A stretch of 64,000 nucleotides of DNA from Candidatus Bathyarchaeota archaeon (GCA_963806535.1 CAWDYC010000010.1:1-64000); one strand, 5' to 3'; shown: positions 1 to 10,445, counted from the stretch's first letter. Notes: a model not told the origin generated them from the sequence alone. Made by a program: numbers and translations.

Positions 1-92
1 GAAAAGAATTTCAGATAAATGAAATTTCATTAATCATAATATATTATTCAAAATCTCGAGTTATTTCTCCTTTCCGTATTGAAAAATAGATT

Positions 93-467
93 CTACCTTA
101 GAACTGAGTTAAACATTTTCATAACTTGGGTGTGTCTTGATTCTTCTATTGCCATTATGCGTTTCATTAGGAAGTTTTTCCATTTTTCTTCTTTGTAAAT
201 CTGAACGAAGACTACGTTATAGCCATTCTTTCTATAAATTTCTTTTCGATATTCGTATGGGATGTTTTCTGTTCCACACACCTCAATGTACATGCCCAGT
301 TTTGGGAGGTGGAAATCAGGTGTCCACACTCGTGGTCGTTCTTTATCGTCATAAACAAATATTGGTGATTCGAAAACCCAGAATAGGCCTATTTCTTTGA
401 GGAAGTCAGCTACTTGTTTTTCGGCTTCGGTCATTTCTTCGAAGACAGAATTCTGCATCGGCTGCAC
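93..467 (-). CDS. Hypothetical protein, possible PD-(D/E)XK-like nuclease (copy 1)
   Basis: 124-aa ORF with WTPDF...YIEVCG motif; near-identical paralog at 8399-8773. Confidence 0.75.
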   Translation of the reverse strand: MQPMQNSVFEEMTEAEKQVADFLKEIGLFWVFESPIFVYDDKERPRVWTPDFHLPKLGMYIEVCGTENIPYEYRKEIYRKNGYNVVFVQIYKEEKWKNFLMKRIMAIEESRHTQVMKMFNSVLR

Positions 468-698
468 CTAAACAATATTGCCTTCTCATATGTGGCAGCA
501 AATAGAAAGCACTTATGAAGCCAAAATCAATATTCTGCTTTCTAACCGTTTTTCAAAACGAGATTGAGGGAGTACATAAAGAAGAAAACACGTTTAGTTG
601 ACCCATAAAATGGCCCAATTGATTGCGGCTTTTCGAGGACTAAGAAAATAAATTCGAAGTTAGTATTTCTGACTTGAAAAACTCAATATCCTATTTTG

Positions 699-1622
699 CT
701 AAACAACACCTATGTTTGGCGGTTTTTTGATTAAATTTGTCCAAATTACCTTTGTGTGGGGTCCTGGGTCCTTAGGATGAAGAGCAAACGTAATCTTTTT
801 CTCAAGTTTATATGTAAAATATAGCGGATCAGAGACAATTAATTGAGTCTTCACATCTATTGCTGCTCTATTTTTAATAATATCTGAATAGTCTGTCGAA
901 ACCACAGCACCCCATTTGTTTAGTTTATACATGCGACCAATTGCTTGTCGCAGAAGTTCTCGGTCATCTTCGTTGTGCACATTGCAAAATTGAATTAGCG
1001 TCTTCTCCACTTTTTCATCAGTTTCTAAGATATCGACCGCTTTAAGTGTCTTTGTTTTTAATTCATTCATGAATAAAGATTGCTTGTTGCAAAATTCACT
1101 ATATTTTTCTTTCAGTCTATTCTCCAATTTATCAAAAAAATCTCAAAGATTCAATTCCTGGTTATTTTCGAGAATCAAATCAAACTCCTCAATTACCTTG
1201 ATGTTTCTACTATTCTGGCTCTTCGAATTGACAAGTTTTTTTTCTCAACACTGGAAAATCTTTTTTCGGAAAGTTCGCGGAAGAATTTTGAAAAGGAAAG
1301 TTCGAGAACTTCCGCAAGATCTTTGTTAACCTTGGTTTTTTCTGGAGGTACTTTGGTTAACGATTGACAATAAAATTTACATCTCTTCAAAGTATACATA
1401 AAATCTGAGATCGCCGAAGTTAACTTATTAAAAATCTCGTCAGTGACCTTTGGCAAGAGTTCGTTTGAGATTCCTTTTTTGACTAAGTCGAGTATAGTGT
1501 TCAATTTTTGGCTTAAATTCTTCTTCACGAAAAATATAATTAAGCAAAGTGCAAGAATCTGGAAAAACTACACAAAAAGATTTTAATTGGTTAACGTTTT
1601 TTTTCTGATTTGCGACGCTCAT
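699..1622 (-). CDS. Frameshift-split hypothetical protein, possibly a divergent PIN-like domain
   Basis: Three staggered ORFs (1440-1622, 1193-1528, 699-1127) read as one protein; acidic motifs VVFPDSC, EDDRELL and VVSTDY are spaced like a PIN active site; ATG abuts the upstream stop. Confidence 0.5.
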
Positions 1623-1623
1623 T

Positions 1624-2460
1624 TCAAGTCATTACTATAAGTTGTTTGAAGGCCCAGTCGGTAGGTTTTGAAATTTCTATATGTGCTTGTTCTGGATTGA
1701 ATTTAAAGAAGGTTTGTTTTAATTGATTCAATGAAACATGAAAGTCAGCAAAAATAAAGTTAAACGCTTTTTTGTCTATCTTTTCAAAGCTCCAAATACA
1801 TTTAGCTGTAAAAAGTTCTTCTTCTTTTTTGCAGCTTCCGACTTCCATAAAAGTGAAAAAACTTAAATAATTTAGAATTACTTGGAAATATTGCTCAATT
1901 AAATCAAAATAGACGCGTGAAACTGCCTGCACCTGTTTATTCTTTTCGTGAGTATATTGGCTCTTTTTTGGAGCAAATCTGGGAATTTTGAGAAGTATGT
2001 CACCGAAATAGCTAACCATCTCTTCTTGAATTTTGGAAAATCTATCCAGTTCCATCCAAAGATATGATGGAAATTGGTCGTCTTTGAAGAATAACTTTAA
2101 TCCTTCTATTTCTTCTTTTGCATTTCGTTTTACTTCTTCTAAAAGACTATAAATTGACTTTTCATTGCTAAGGTCGATAGATTTTATATCTTTTTTGATA
2201 TCTTCCATTTTCTGTTTTCCTAAAGATCTTTCGTTCCATATTTCTTGAATTCGTACTCTTTTGGTTTCGCTTGAAAATGGAATTTTTTGAATTGCTAAAA
2301 AATGAAAATGGCTTACCCAATTACTAAAGTCTTGGGGGTCGCAAGTTTCAGGATTAAATATAGTTCCTTTTTTTATGGAGTCCAACAAATACAAAGGAAA
2401 AACCAATAGTGTGTCATCTAACCCATTACTATCCGAGAAACTTGGAGTCTGTAATTCCAT
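1624..2460 (-). CDS. Hypothetical protein (AT-rich, helical)
   Basis: 278-aa ORF, GAGGA SD-like motif upstream, coupled to the downstream gene; no recognised motif. Confidence 0.7.
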   Translation of the reverse strand: MELQTPSFSDSNGLDDTLLVFPLYLLDSIKKGTIFNPETCDPQDFSNWVSHFHFLAIQKIPFSSETKRVRIQEIWNERSLGKQKMEDIKKDIKSIDLSNEKSIYSLLEEVKRNAKEEIEGLKLFFKDDQFPSYLWMELDRFSKIQEEMVSYFGDILLKIPRFAPKKSQYTHEKNKQVQAVSRVYFDLIEQYFQVILNYLSFFTFMEVGSCKKEEELFTAKCIWSFEKIDKKAFNFIFADFHVSLNQLKQTFFKFNPEQAHIEISKPTDWAFKQLIVMT

Positions 2461-2604
2461 TCTTTATCCTCTTTTGGAGTCTCTAATTTAGAGATTTAGA
2501 TATATATATTTACTTGCTTTATAATCAATATAGAAGTTTGTCTTCCAATTATATCAGAAGATAATTCTCTTATTAATACTTACTTTGAAAAATCTTTTGT
2601 TTTC

Positions 2605-2790
2605 TTTTCTTGACGATTTTTGGCTAATTTTGACTTTTTTTGACGCACCCTTCAAGCAAATTAAGTTTTAAAACAAAAAAGCAGCCAAAAATGACTTGAA
2701 CAAAATTTGCTGACGTGAAACATCAACTACTAAATGATTTTGTCGTTGGCTTTGGCTAAAATAGAGAATGGCTTTTATAATCATTGAGTC
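2605..2790 (+). repeat. Phased-array/core element R1
   Basis: ttgac-type 10-bp units, then GACGCACCCTTCAAGC..AAAAAAGCAGCCAAAA; downstream flank shared with 21690-21780. Confidence 0.8.
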
Positions 2791-2860
2791 GATTTATGGC
2801 TGGTATAAATTTCCCATAGAATAAGTCTGCAAAAAACTATAGAAAAGACCTTTTAATTAG

Positions 2861-3293
2861 TTATTCTGGGAGCGGGCAGACTTTGATTTCTTTATTGAAT
2901 CGTTGTAGATCTTTGTCTTGTGAATAAATAACGTTTGCTTTTTGGTTGATTGCTGTGGCTAAAATTAAAGCGTCGGGTAATCTTCCGCCTTTTTGGGCTC
3001 GTAAGTTAGCGGACTAGATCAGCGATTTCAAAGGTAACTGGCACTATCTTGAAACTGTTAAGAGTCAGGTCGTTGAGTAATTTTTTTACTTTTGCGGCTC
3101 TGTTTATGTCGCCTGCTAAGTAGAAGCCTGTCAGGATTTCAGCAACGGTTATTGTCGAAATTAATCCTTCATTTTCAGAATTCATAAATCCGTGTAGTAT
3201 TTTTTCTACTTTGCTTGCTTGTGGTTCGATTTCTTCTAGATAATAAATGAGAATATTTGTGTCTAGGGCCGTTTTCATTGTGGGCGTTCCCAT
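2861..3293 (-). CDS. vapC: VapC-type PIN toxin (frameshift near 3010)
   Basis: ALDTNILIY, STITVAE; continues in another frame as LRAQKGGRLPDALILATA..IYSQDKD to TAA at 2861. Confidence 0.85.
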
Positions 3294-3508
3294 TCTTCTC
3301 GTAGCTTTTTTTGATATTTGATTGGGTCTCCGAAGATGCCTTTTCCTATTCCTTTTAATTCTCCTGCTGGGTTGAAGGGTTTTAGAAACAAGCCTTCGTT
3401 TGTTGCGTTTATTTCAAGTATGATTCCGGTTTCGATGTTGAGTTTTTTGCGGTATTTCTTGGGAATTACGATTTGACCTCGCACACCGACTTTTATTTTA
3501 TCTGACAT
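3275..3508 (-). CDS. AbrB/MazE-family antitoxin
   Basis: KVGVRGQIVIPKKYRKKLNI motif, overlaps the PIN start; start set at MSDK. Confidence 0.85.
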   Translation of the reverse strand: MSDKIKVGVRGQIVIPKKYRKKLNIETGIILEINATNEGLFLKPFNPAGELKGIGKGIFGDPIKYQKKLREEWERPQ

Positions 3509-3677
3509 ATTAATTATCAGATAACTAGTGGTCAGCAGACAAATAAACATTCTTACTATGAAATACAACAATTTATGAACAGATGCGTACTCGAGGGATC
3601 ATTATAATTGTTTACGAAGTCTTTTGCGCTAAATGTTTTTGGGGCAGGTTTAATTGGTTTGAGCTTGATTCTGTGTT

Positions 3678-5027
3678 ATGCTTCGTTTGTGGTTTGATAG
3701 AGGCACTCTTCTTTTGAAAGGGGAAGTGGGGACTCCTTATGGAAAATGGGATTCCAGAGTGGGTTGCTACAGAATTAAGGCGTACCATTATCGGGATGTT
3801 TTAGAATATTTAGCTGAAAGCAAACTTCAAGTTGAAGATGACGTTCCCATGTTGCCGCCACTTGAACAGCTCAAAGGTAATTTTGTGCTGAGGGATTACC
3901 AGAATGAGGCTTTGAACAATTGGTGTCGAGCACACTACAGGGGTGTCTTGGTGTTGCCTACTGCTGCGGGAAAAACGTTCATTGCGCTAAAAGCAATTCA
4001 GCAGTTGAAAGTGCAGACGCTGATTTTGGTTCCAACTTTGGATCTTATTGATCAATGGAAAAAACGCGTCAAAGACTGCCTTAACTTGGAAGCGGGAGCC
4101 GTTGGCGGAGGTGAAAACACTGTACGAATGGTAACTGTAACTACTTATGATTCAGCCCTCATTCATGCAGAACAGCTAGGCAACAAATTCAAGCTATTAG
4201 TCTTCGACGAAGTGCACCATTTAGCTTCCACAGGCTACATACAAATAACCGAAATGTACACTGCACCATACCGCATGGGCTTAACTGCAACATACGAACG
4301 ACGTGATCAGCGGCACTCTTTGCTTTCGCAACTCGTCGGCGACCCAGTCTACTCCATTGATGTCGAAGAACTCACAGGAGAACATCTATCACCATACACC
4401 TACGAGAAAATATCAGTAGAACTAACCCCCCAAGAGCAGCAAATATACGAATCTCAAATGAACATTTTTAGAAGCTTTCTTTTGCAGCGAAGAATTACTT
4501 TGCGAGGCGCCGCTGACTTCCAAAAATTCATAATGACTACCGGAAGAGATCCAAAAGCACGCGAAGCACTCCTCGCAAGAAACCGGGCCGTGAAAGCTGC
4601 AGTGAACTCCGAAGCAAAACTAACCGTACTCGCCCAGCAGCTTGAGGTTTACCGAAACGAGAAAATCCTAATTTTCACTCTCCACAACGACCTAGTCTAC
4701 AGGATTAGTATGCGTTTCTTGGTTCCCGCGATAACATATCAGACTCCAAGGGAGGAGCGCCGAGAAATACTCTCAAACTTTGGGAACGGAAAATACCCCG
4801 TTGTTGTTACCTCTCAGGTTCTAGACGAAGGCGTGGATGTACCTGACGCTTCAGTGGGCTTAGTTCTGGGTGGAACAGGCAGCAACAGAGAATACGTCCA
4901 AAGACTCGGCCGACTGCTTAGAAAAAAGGAAGGCAAAACCGCCCGCTTAATCGAGATAATTTCCAAAGCAACTATGGAAGTTGGCACAAGCCGTAGACGT
5001 CACCAAAAAACTGGAGAAGCAGCCTAG
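3678..5027 (+). CDS. xpb: XPB/Rad25-type SF2 DNA helicase
   Basis: LRDYQ, PTAAGKT, DEVHH, GLTAT, QRLGRLLR; directly followed by Bax1. Confidence 0.9.
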   Translation: MLRLWFDRGTLLLKGEVGTPYGKWDSRVGCYRIKAYHYRDVLEYLAESKLQVEDDVPMLPPLEQLKGNFVLRDYQNEALNNWCRAHYRGVLVLPTAAGKTFIALKAIQQLKVQTLILVPTLDLIDQWKKRVKDCLNLEAGAVGGGENTVRMVTVTTYDSALIHAEQLGNKFKLLVFDEVHHLASTGYIQITEMYTAPYRMGLTATYERRDQRHSLLSQLVGDPVYSIDVEELTGEHLSPYTYEKISVELTPQEQQIYESQMNIFRSFLLQRRITLRGAADFQKFIMTTGRDPKAREALLARNRAVKAAVNSEAKLTVLAQQLEVYRNEKILIFTLHNDLVYRISMRFLVPAITYQTPREERREILSNFGNGKYPVVVTSQVLDEGVDVPDASVGLVLGGTGSNREYVQRLGRLLRKKEGKTARLIEIISKATMEVGTSRRRHQKTGEAA

Positions 5028-6599
5028 ATGCTTCCAAGTGACTTACTTTTAGTATGGAAGCGCAAAGGCGAGATTTTGCCTCGATACGCTAAACCCTCAA
5101 GTAGCAACGATGAAGCAGCAAACTTCCTCATCACAGTATATAAGACCCATATTGGAGAAAAGAAGAAAGTCCTCAAAGCCCAGGTCACAGAACTTGAAGA
5201 CAAAGGCTACGAGTACCGCTTTGTCAGAGCCCTCTCTTTGCTCCTGGACCGAAAAAGCACCTTTGTCTGCCACAGCAAAATTGACCCAGTTGATTTAAGA
5301 AGAAAAATATTTCAAGCCACCGAACAATTTGGCATACCCACTACCCCTCAAAAGAGGCACTTAATTCTGGAGAGTGTGGCTTCTAAGATGGCTCTCACCG
5401 AAGAGGATATCGAGGGATATTTTTACTCTGATTTAGATGGGGAATTGGTTCTTGAAAAGTTTTCAGCACCTTCAGTCTCGGAACTGTTGAGTGAGTATAA
5501 TTTGAGTTTGACTCAGACATTGCTTTTTGATGCTACAGAACTCAGTTTCACGGCTTCAGGCAACTGGCAAGACCTTTTCCACGCAATAAAAAAGTTTGGC
5601 TTAATCTACGAAGTCTACCAAGATAATGGTTTGTGGGTGAAAATAGATGGTCCAGCCAGCCTGTTCAAGTTAACTCGAAGATATGGCGTGGGAATCGCCA
5701 AGATACTGCCTTTCATCGTCGCTAACCCTGAATGGATGGTTAAAGCGAAGGTTCTTTGGAGATTTACAAACGAAATCTGCGACTTCAAACTTGAAAGCCA
5801 AAAACATGCAGCATTACTAAAGAAACCGTACCTGCCAGCTCTTTCTTATGACAGCTCTATTGAAGAGACTTTCGCATCCCACTTTCAAGCCTTATCTTCT
5901 GGCTGGGTGCTGAAGAGAGAACCTGAACCGGTAACTGCAGGCAAACAGGTAATTATCCCCGATTTCTCCATGGAAAAGAGCGGCATCAGAATTTATTTAG
6001 AAATTGTGGGGTTCTGGACAGAAGAGTACTTGATGCGAAAGATAGAGAAATTAAAGCAGGTCGAAGTGACAATGCTACTTTTAGTCAATGAAGCCCTGGC
6101 ATGTGAAAAACTCTTTGCTTTGGAAAAACGCCCACAGCTTGACTTGATTTACTACCACGACAAAATCTCCATGGCTCCGATTCTAAGATATCTGACGACC
6201 AAGTTTGAAGACGTCAAATCCAAAGAGATTAAGTTTCTGGAGAATTTGTCTATTAGATTTACTGAACAGGTTGTTGCATTTAGGGAATTCGCAGATAGAA
6301 TCGGGGTTTCTGCAGAAGCCGCAAGAGCCTTCTTAACTATTAATCCACCTTCGGGCTATGTTGTCTTGCCGGATATTTTGATTAGCAATGAAAAACTTTT
6401 GCAAATCGGCGATAAAATCAAAGCTGCTACTGGACAATCGGGAAAAATAGCACTTAAGGAAGTTGCAAGAATCATTGAAGAAGAAGGCGTAGATGACTCA
6501 GCTAATGTGTTGACGATGCTTGGCTACAAGATTAGATGGCGAGGTATCGACAGCAAACAAGCAGAAGTCTGTAGAGATCCGAAGAATTCTGGCCAATAA
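5028..6599 (+). CDS. bax1: Bax1 (DUF790) endonuclease
   Basis: MLPSDLL N-terminus, YNLSLTQTLLF, DGPASLF..TRRYG, IPDF...YLEIVGFWT; abuts xpb. Confidence 0.9.
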   Translation: MLPSDLLLVWKRKGEILPRYAKPSSSNDEAANFLITVYKTHIGEKKKVLKAQVTELEDKGYEYRFVRALSLLLDRKSTFVCHSKIDPVDLRRKIFQATEQFGIPTTPQKRHLILESVASKMALTEEDIEGYFYSDLDGELVLEKFSAPSVSELLSEYNLSLTQTLLFDATELSFTASGNWQDLFHAIKKFGLIYEVYQDNGLWVKIDGPASLFKLTRRYGVGIAKILPFIVANPEWMVKAKVLWRFTNEICDFKLESQKHAALLKKPYLPALSYDSSIEETFASHFQALSSGWVLKREPEPVTAGKQVIIPDFSMEKSGIRIYLEIVGFWTEEYLMRKIEKLKQVEVTMLLLVNEALACEKLFALEKRPQLDLIYYHDKISMAPILRYLTTKFEDVKSKEIKFLENLSIRFTEQVVAFREFADRIGVSAEAARAFLTINPPSGYVVLPDILISNEKLLQIGDKIKAATGQSGKIALKEVARIIEEEGVDDSANVLTMLGYKIRWRGIDSKQAEVCRDPKNSGQ

Positions 6600-6609
6600 A
6601 GAAGACTCC

Positions 6610-6795
6610 GAGGTTAAATCTACCAGGAAAAAACAACAGGTCAGTCCAGAGAATCCACAAAAAACCGTCAATAATTGCCGGGACACATGGAGACGCACAG
6701 AGACGCGTAAAGACGCAGTCTGCAGACAATTCAAAAACTAAATCAAAAAAGAAGCCCAAAACAGCTTGAACAAATTTACGTGCACGAAACATCAG
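6610..6795 (+). repeat. Phased-array/core element R2
   Basis: Tail CACAAAAAACCGTCAATAA, gagac-type array, core GACGCAGTCTGCAGAC..AAATCAAAAAAGAAGCCCAAAAC. Confidence 0.8.
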
Positions 6796-6917
6796 CTAGA
6801 AGATATATAGTTCGCTTTTTGGTGGCAATTTTCGAGCCCAATGGCTAGTTTTTAGAACAATTACGGATCAACAACTTGCTTAGTACCCTTTTCTTTTTAG
6901 AAAGTTAATCATCGGCT

Positions 6918-7445
6918 TCAAGCAAGATCTAATGCGGTTCTCATTTTCTCGCTATAAGTGATTATATGTGCAATTGGAGGGCTGATCGAATAATACAGAT
7001 CAGTTATTTTTCTTCCAACAAAATTAGATTCCAGTTTAACATCTCTGAGATTCCTTAGTATGGCGAGTTCTTTAGAAGTTGACGTTCCATATGTAGCTGT
7101 AGCTATGAAACAGGAATGTTGTCGGTTCTTTTGACGTTGAATTATTTGACAAAGCTGGAAGGCAACGTTTTGAGGATAATCGAGAACGTCCTGGTTGCTG
7201 AAATGATAACCATTTATGTTATTTTGATTCAAAACCTTATCTCTTTTCTTGTCGTATGCCTCCCTTCTTTCATGTATGGAACCATCTACTTCTATGCCTA
7301 TTCTTAGTGTTGGACAATAAAAGTCCAAAATATAGCCACAATTCACGGACTGCCTGTAAAAAATATTTTCCGGATATTTGGGAACCACGTTCTGATAGAG
7401 CAGCTCATACATTTTTGCCTCTGCATGGGTAGGATTTTTGCGCAT
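6918..7445 (-). CDS. DUF559 (Vsr-like) endonuclease fused to a CFI-box-CTERM-like segment
   Basis: MRKNPTHAE, YILDFYC..IGIEVDGSIH, then CFIATATYG..LRNLRD..YYSISPPIA; start uncertain. Confidence 0.75.
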   Translation of the reverse strand: MRKNPTHAEAKMYELLYQNVVPKYPENIFYRQSVNCGYILDFYCPTLRIGIEVDGSIHERREAYDKKRDKVLNQNNINGYHFSNQDVLDYPQNVAFQLCQIIQRQKNRQHSCFIATATYGTSTSKELAILRNLRDVKLESNFVGRKITDLYYSISPPIAHIITYSEKMRTALDLA

Positions 7446-7509
7446 CTCTTCGGCTTTGTCATATTTCCACTGAGGGCTTCGACGGCTATATCGTCGGTGA
7501 GAATGCGTA

Positions 7510-8163
7510 TTAGCTAACGTAGCTGACGTCTGCCTGTGTGTTAACGTTTTTTTGCGAGAAGACTGAAAATGTATTATCAAAGACAAGAACGTATGTTCCA
7601 CTTGTTGGAAGTGAAGCACTTATGGTTCCAGTGGTTGTTTGTCCGCTCTGGTAATAGCATTGAGCGCTGTGGCCATTCTTCCAATTAGTGAAATCTGATT
7701 GTGCTAGAATGAGGACTTTTATGTCGTTTCCAGAGCCGCCAGATGCGGTGAAACTTCCTGAAACTTGAATGTTTGATGCTCCCGAAGGAATTGTAAATGT
7801 GTACGTCTCATAAGAGTTTGAATTTACTGTGGCTAATCCATTCACGATGTTTGTTGTGTGAGTTGTCTGGAAGAGGTCCGTACCGTTTCCCCCTCCATTA
7901 GAATTTAATGAATTCAAGTAGCTTGCAGCCATGATAACAGCTATGATTAGAAAGAATGCAACTAAAAGCCCGATTCCAATGTTTCTGCCTGTGTGTGAAA
8001 CGTGAACTGGTTTTGGAGCGGTATTCTGTGGTGACTGCAGCGGCTGAGGTGTTGATTGCATTGTAGGTTGCGACTGGGCATTGTTGACTGATATGGGTTT
8101 GCCGCAATGTGGACAAAAGGAGTTGTTTTCTTGGATTTGTTTGCCGCATGAGGGACAGAACAT
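7510..8163 (-). CDS. Zinc-ribbon + TM + GOLD/p24-like domain membrane protein
   Basis: CPSCG..CPHCG, one TM helix, C-terminal GTYVLVFDNTFSVFSQKNV. Confidence 0.8.
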   Translation of the reverse strand: MFCPSCGKQIQENNSFCPHCGKPISVNNAQSQPTMQSTPQPLQSPQNTAPKPVHVSHTGRNIGIGLLVAFFLIIAVIMAASYLNSLNSNGGGNGTDLFQTTHTTNIVNGLATVNSNSYETYTFTIPSGASNIQVSGSFTASGGSGNDIKVLILAQSDFTNWKNGHSAQCYYQSGQTTTGTISASLPTSGTYVLVFDNTFSVFSQKNVNTQADVSYVS

Positions 8164-8398
8164 TTCTATTTTGCCTCAGTGCAATTCTATAAAACAAACA
8201 GATTATTAACTATTACTACTCAATACATATTGTTATCGCTATATTAGTTGCAAAAAATTCTTTTGAGAAGATCAACGCTTGCATATTCGCTAGAATAATT
8301 AAAAAAAATCCCATCAGATTCAAACTTTTTGACAATTAGATACGCATTTTAAGAACTACAGCTCGATCGGATTAACCTTCTCTCTTTGAAGATGTATT

Positions 8399-8773
8399 TT
8401 ATTTTAGAACTGAGTTAAACATTTTCATAACTTGGGTATGTCTTGATTCCTCTATTGAGATTATGCGTTTCATCAGAAAGTTTTTCCATTTTTCTTCTTT
8501 GTAAATTTGAACGAAGACTACGTGGTATCCATTTTTTCTGTAAATTTCTTTTCGATACTCGTATGGTATGTTTTCTGTTCCGCACACCTCAATGTACATG
8601 CCGAGTTTTGGCAGGTAGAAATCTGGTGTCCACACTCGCGGCCGCTCTTTGTCATCGTAAACAAATATTGGCGACTCGAAAACCCAGAATAGGCCTATTT
8701 CTTTGAGGAAGTCGGCTACTTGTTTTTCTGATTCGGTCATTTCTTCGAAGACAGAATTCTGCATTCGGTGCAC
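8399..8773 (-). CDS. Hypothetical protein, possible PD-(D/E)XK-like nuclease (copy 2)
   Basis: Near-identical to 93-467, including upstream DNA. Confidence 0.75.
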   Translation of the reverse strand: MHRMQNSVFEEMTESEKQVADFLKEIGLFWVFESPIFVYDDKERPRVWTPDFYLPKLGMYIEVCGTENIPYEYRKEIYRKNGYHVVFVQIYKEEKWKNFLMKRIISIEESRHTQVMKMFNSVLK

Positions 8774-8839
8774 CTAAGTATAACTATTCCTCTTATATTG
8801 CTGTCATTAAATATCACTTATGAAGACAGAATCACTATT

Positions 8840-9461
8840 CAAATTATTGGCAGTATTTTATCTAGATTGATGAAAATGTCGACAACGAATTTTTTAATCA
8901 GATTTTCTCTAAGGCCGAGGCATCTGTGGACTAATCGAATTGCACCTTTCCATTCTTCAACTGTTTTGGGCCCATCCATGTCGGCGTCGTTTAGGAAGTA
9001 AATATTAACTAGCCAAGCCTCATAATCATTTTCTCTGAAAAAATAAATATGCGCTAGTCGGTTTGCATATTGGTAGAAGTTTTTGGTCCAATCATAGCTT
9101 TCTTTGACGGCGAACCGCTTCTTTGTGTCGTTTAGGCTTCTGTTAATTTTGTCGATTGATGCTTGGTTGCTTCCTTTGAAGTCCGAAACAAGTTGCCTGA
9201 ACTACTTTTACCTAATGCATCCCAGCGTGGACCACTTGTTGGCCAGAAGTCGGCGAGCTTGGGCTTTAGTGATTGGATTCCAAGTGCATCAAGAAATCCC
9301 TCATCTTTATACTCAACATAATTGTCGATGGCAAGCGGTGAGCGCCACTCTATTTTCTCATTTATTGGCAGAGATAGGTTTGTTTTGATTTGATTATTCA
9401 GGTAGTCTGTTTTTTGGTTGACAAGTATTTGGATCCATTTTTGGCTACCTTTAGTTGCCAT
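8840..9461 (-). pseudogene. Disrupted conserved hypothetical protein (nuclease-like)
   Basis: N-part KGSQKW..WRSPL..FWP..GPRWDALG; after the break YQYANRLAH..YFLND..GPKTVEEW; the middle appears deleted or frameshifted. Confidence 0.6.
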
Positions 9462-9518
9462 CTTTGCCAATCTCACTATGTACGACAAGTGCTTAGTTAG
9501 GTCTAACTGTAATTAAAT

Positions 9519-9660
9519 TTTTTTGACGAATTTTGACTTTTTATGACGCGTAGTGACGTTTAGTGACGTATAGTGACGCATCCTGCAAACCAATCAAGCT
9601 TAGATTCAGAAAAGCAACTTGAAAGACAAAGAACAAAGACTGCAAAAAACCGTCGAAATT
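9519..9660 (+). repeat. Phased-array/core element R3
   Basis: GAC ends at 9527, 9537, 9547, 9557, 9567, 9577; core GCATCCTGCAAACCAATCAAGC..GAAAAGCAAC..ACAAAGAACAAA; tail AAAAAACCGTC. Confidence 0.9.
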
Positions 9661-9838
9661 CATTTGCAAACTTTTTGCAAAAACTCTTTTGCCTCAGGAA
9701 TTTGGTCTTTCCACTTTTCTGCTTCATCGATCCACCGTTGTCGCAATTCAAAGTTGGGATGAGGTTCATTCCATTGGCTATTGAGTTCTACACAATCAGA
9801 AGTGAATTAGCTAGATTTATTTGCCTTTTTTCTTCATA

Positions 9839-10117
9839 TTAGTGAGGAATATCTTCAACTTCACATTTTGGACCCTTATGAGCTTTTAAAACAATTGAAC
9901 TTACGGTACTTTTCACGCCTTTTATTTTCATAATCTTATTTTTGAGGACTTCTCGAAACTCTTCAATGTCATCGGCTGAAACAAGAGTAATGATATCGAA
10001 TTCTCCAGTTACCTCGTAAAGCTCTTCTACATCCTCTATCTTAGAGAGTGCCTCAATAACTTCATCCATAAGTTGTGACTCAACGAAAATATCAACAAAT
10101 GCATGCATCTTATGCAA
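9839..10117 (-). CDS. Stand-alone Lrp/AsnC ligand-binding (RAM) domain protein
   Basis: YEVTGEFDII, KIKGVKSTVSSIVL; no HTH. Confidence 0.85.
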   Translation of the reverse strand: MHKMHAFVDIFVESQLMDEVIEALSKIEDVEELYEVTGEFDIITLVSADDIEEFREVLKNKIMKIKGVKSTVSSIVLKAHKGPKCEVEDIPH

Positions 10118-10145
10118 TCATTTCACCTGAATTCTTGCTTATTGA

Positions 10146-10445
10146 TTACTGAAATTTAATATTGTTGGTTGGGGCTTCGATTCGTTTGTGAGTTCTGAGT
10201 ACTACTGAGACTAAGGTGCTTTGGACGCCTTTGATCTTCATAATTTTCTTATGCAAGACATTGCGAAATTCCTCCACGCTCGAAGCAGAAACAATCGAAA
10301 CAATATCAAATTCGCCTTTGACATCATAAATCTCCTCGATATTTTCGACCTTTTCGAGGGCATCTATAACTTGCGCCTTCTGAGCTGGATCGACAAAAAT
10401 GTTAACTGATGCCTCAAACTGGCCGTGACTATCGATGGACTTCAT
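10146..10445 (-). CDS. Stand-alone Lrp/AsnC ligand-binding (RAM) domain protein, tandem paralog
   Basis: YDVKGEFDIV, KIKGVQSTLVSVVL. Confidence 0.85.
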   Translation of the reverse strand: MKSIDSHGQFEASVNIFVDPAQKAQVIDALEKVENIEEIYDVKGEFDIVSIVSASSVEEFRNVLHKKIMKIKGVQSTLVSVVLRTHKRIEAPTNNIKFQ

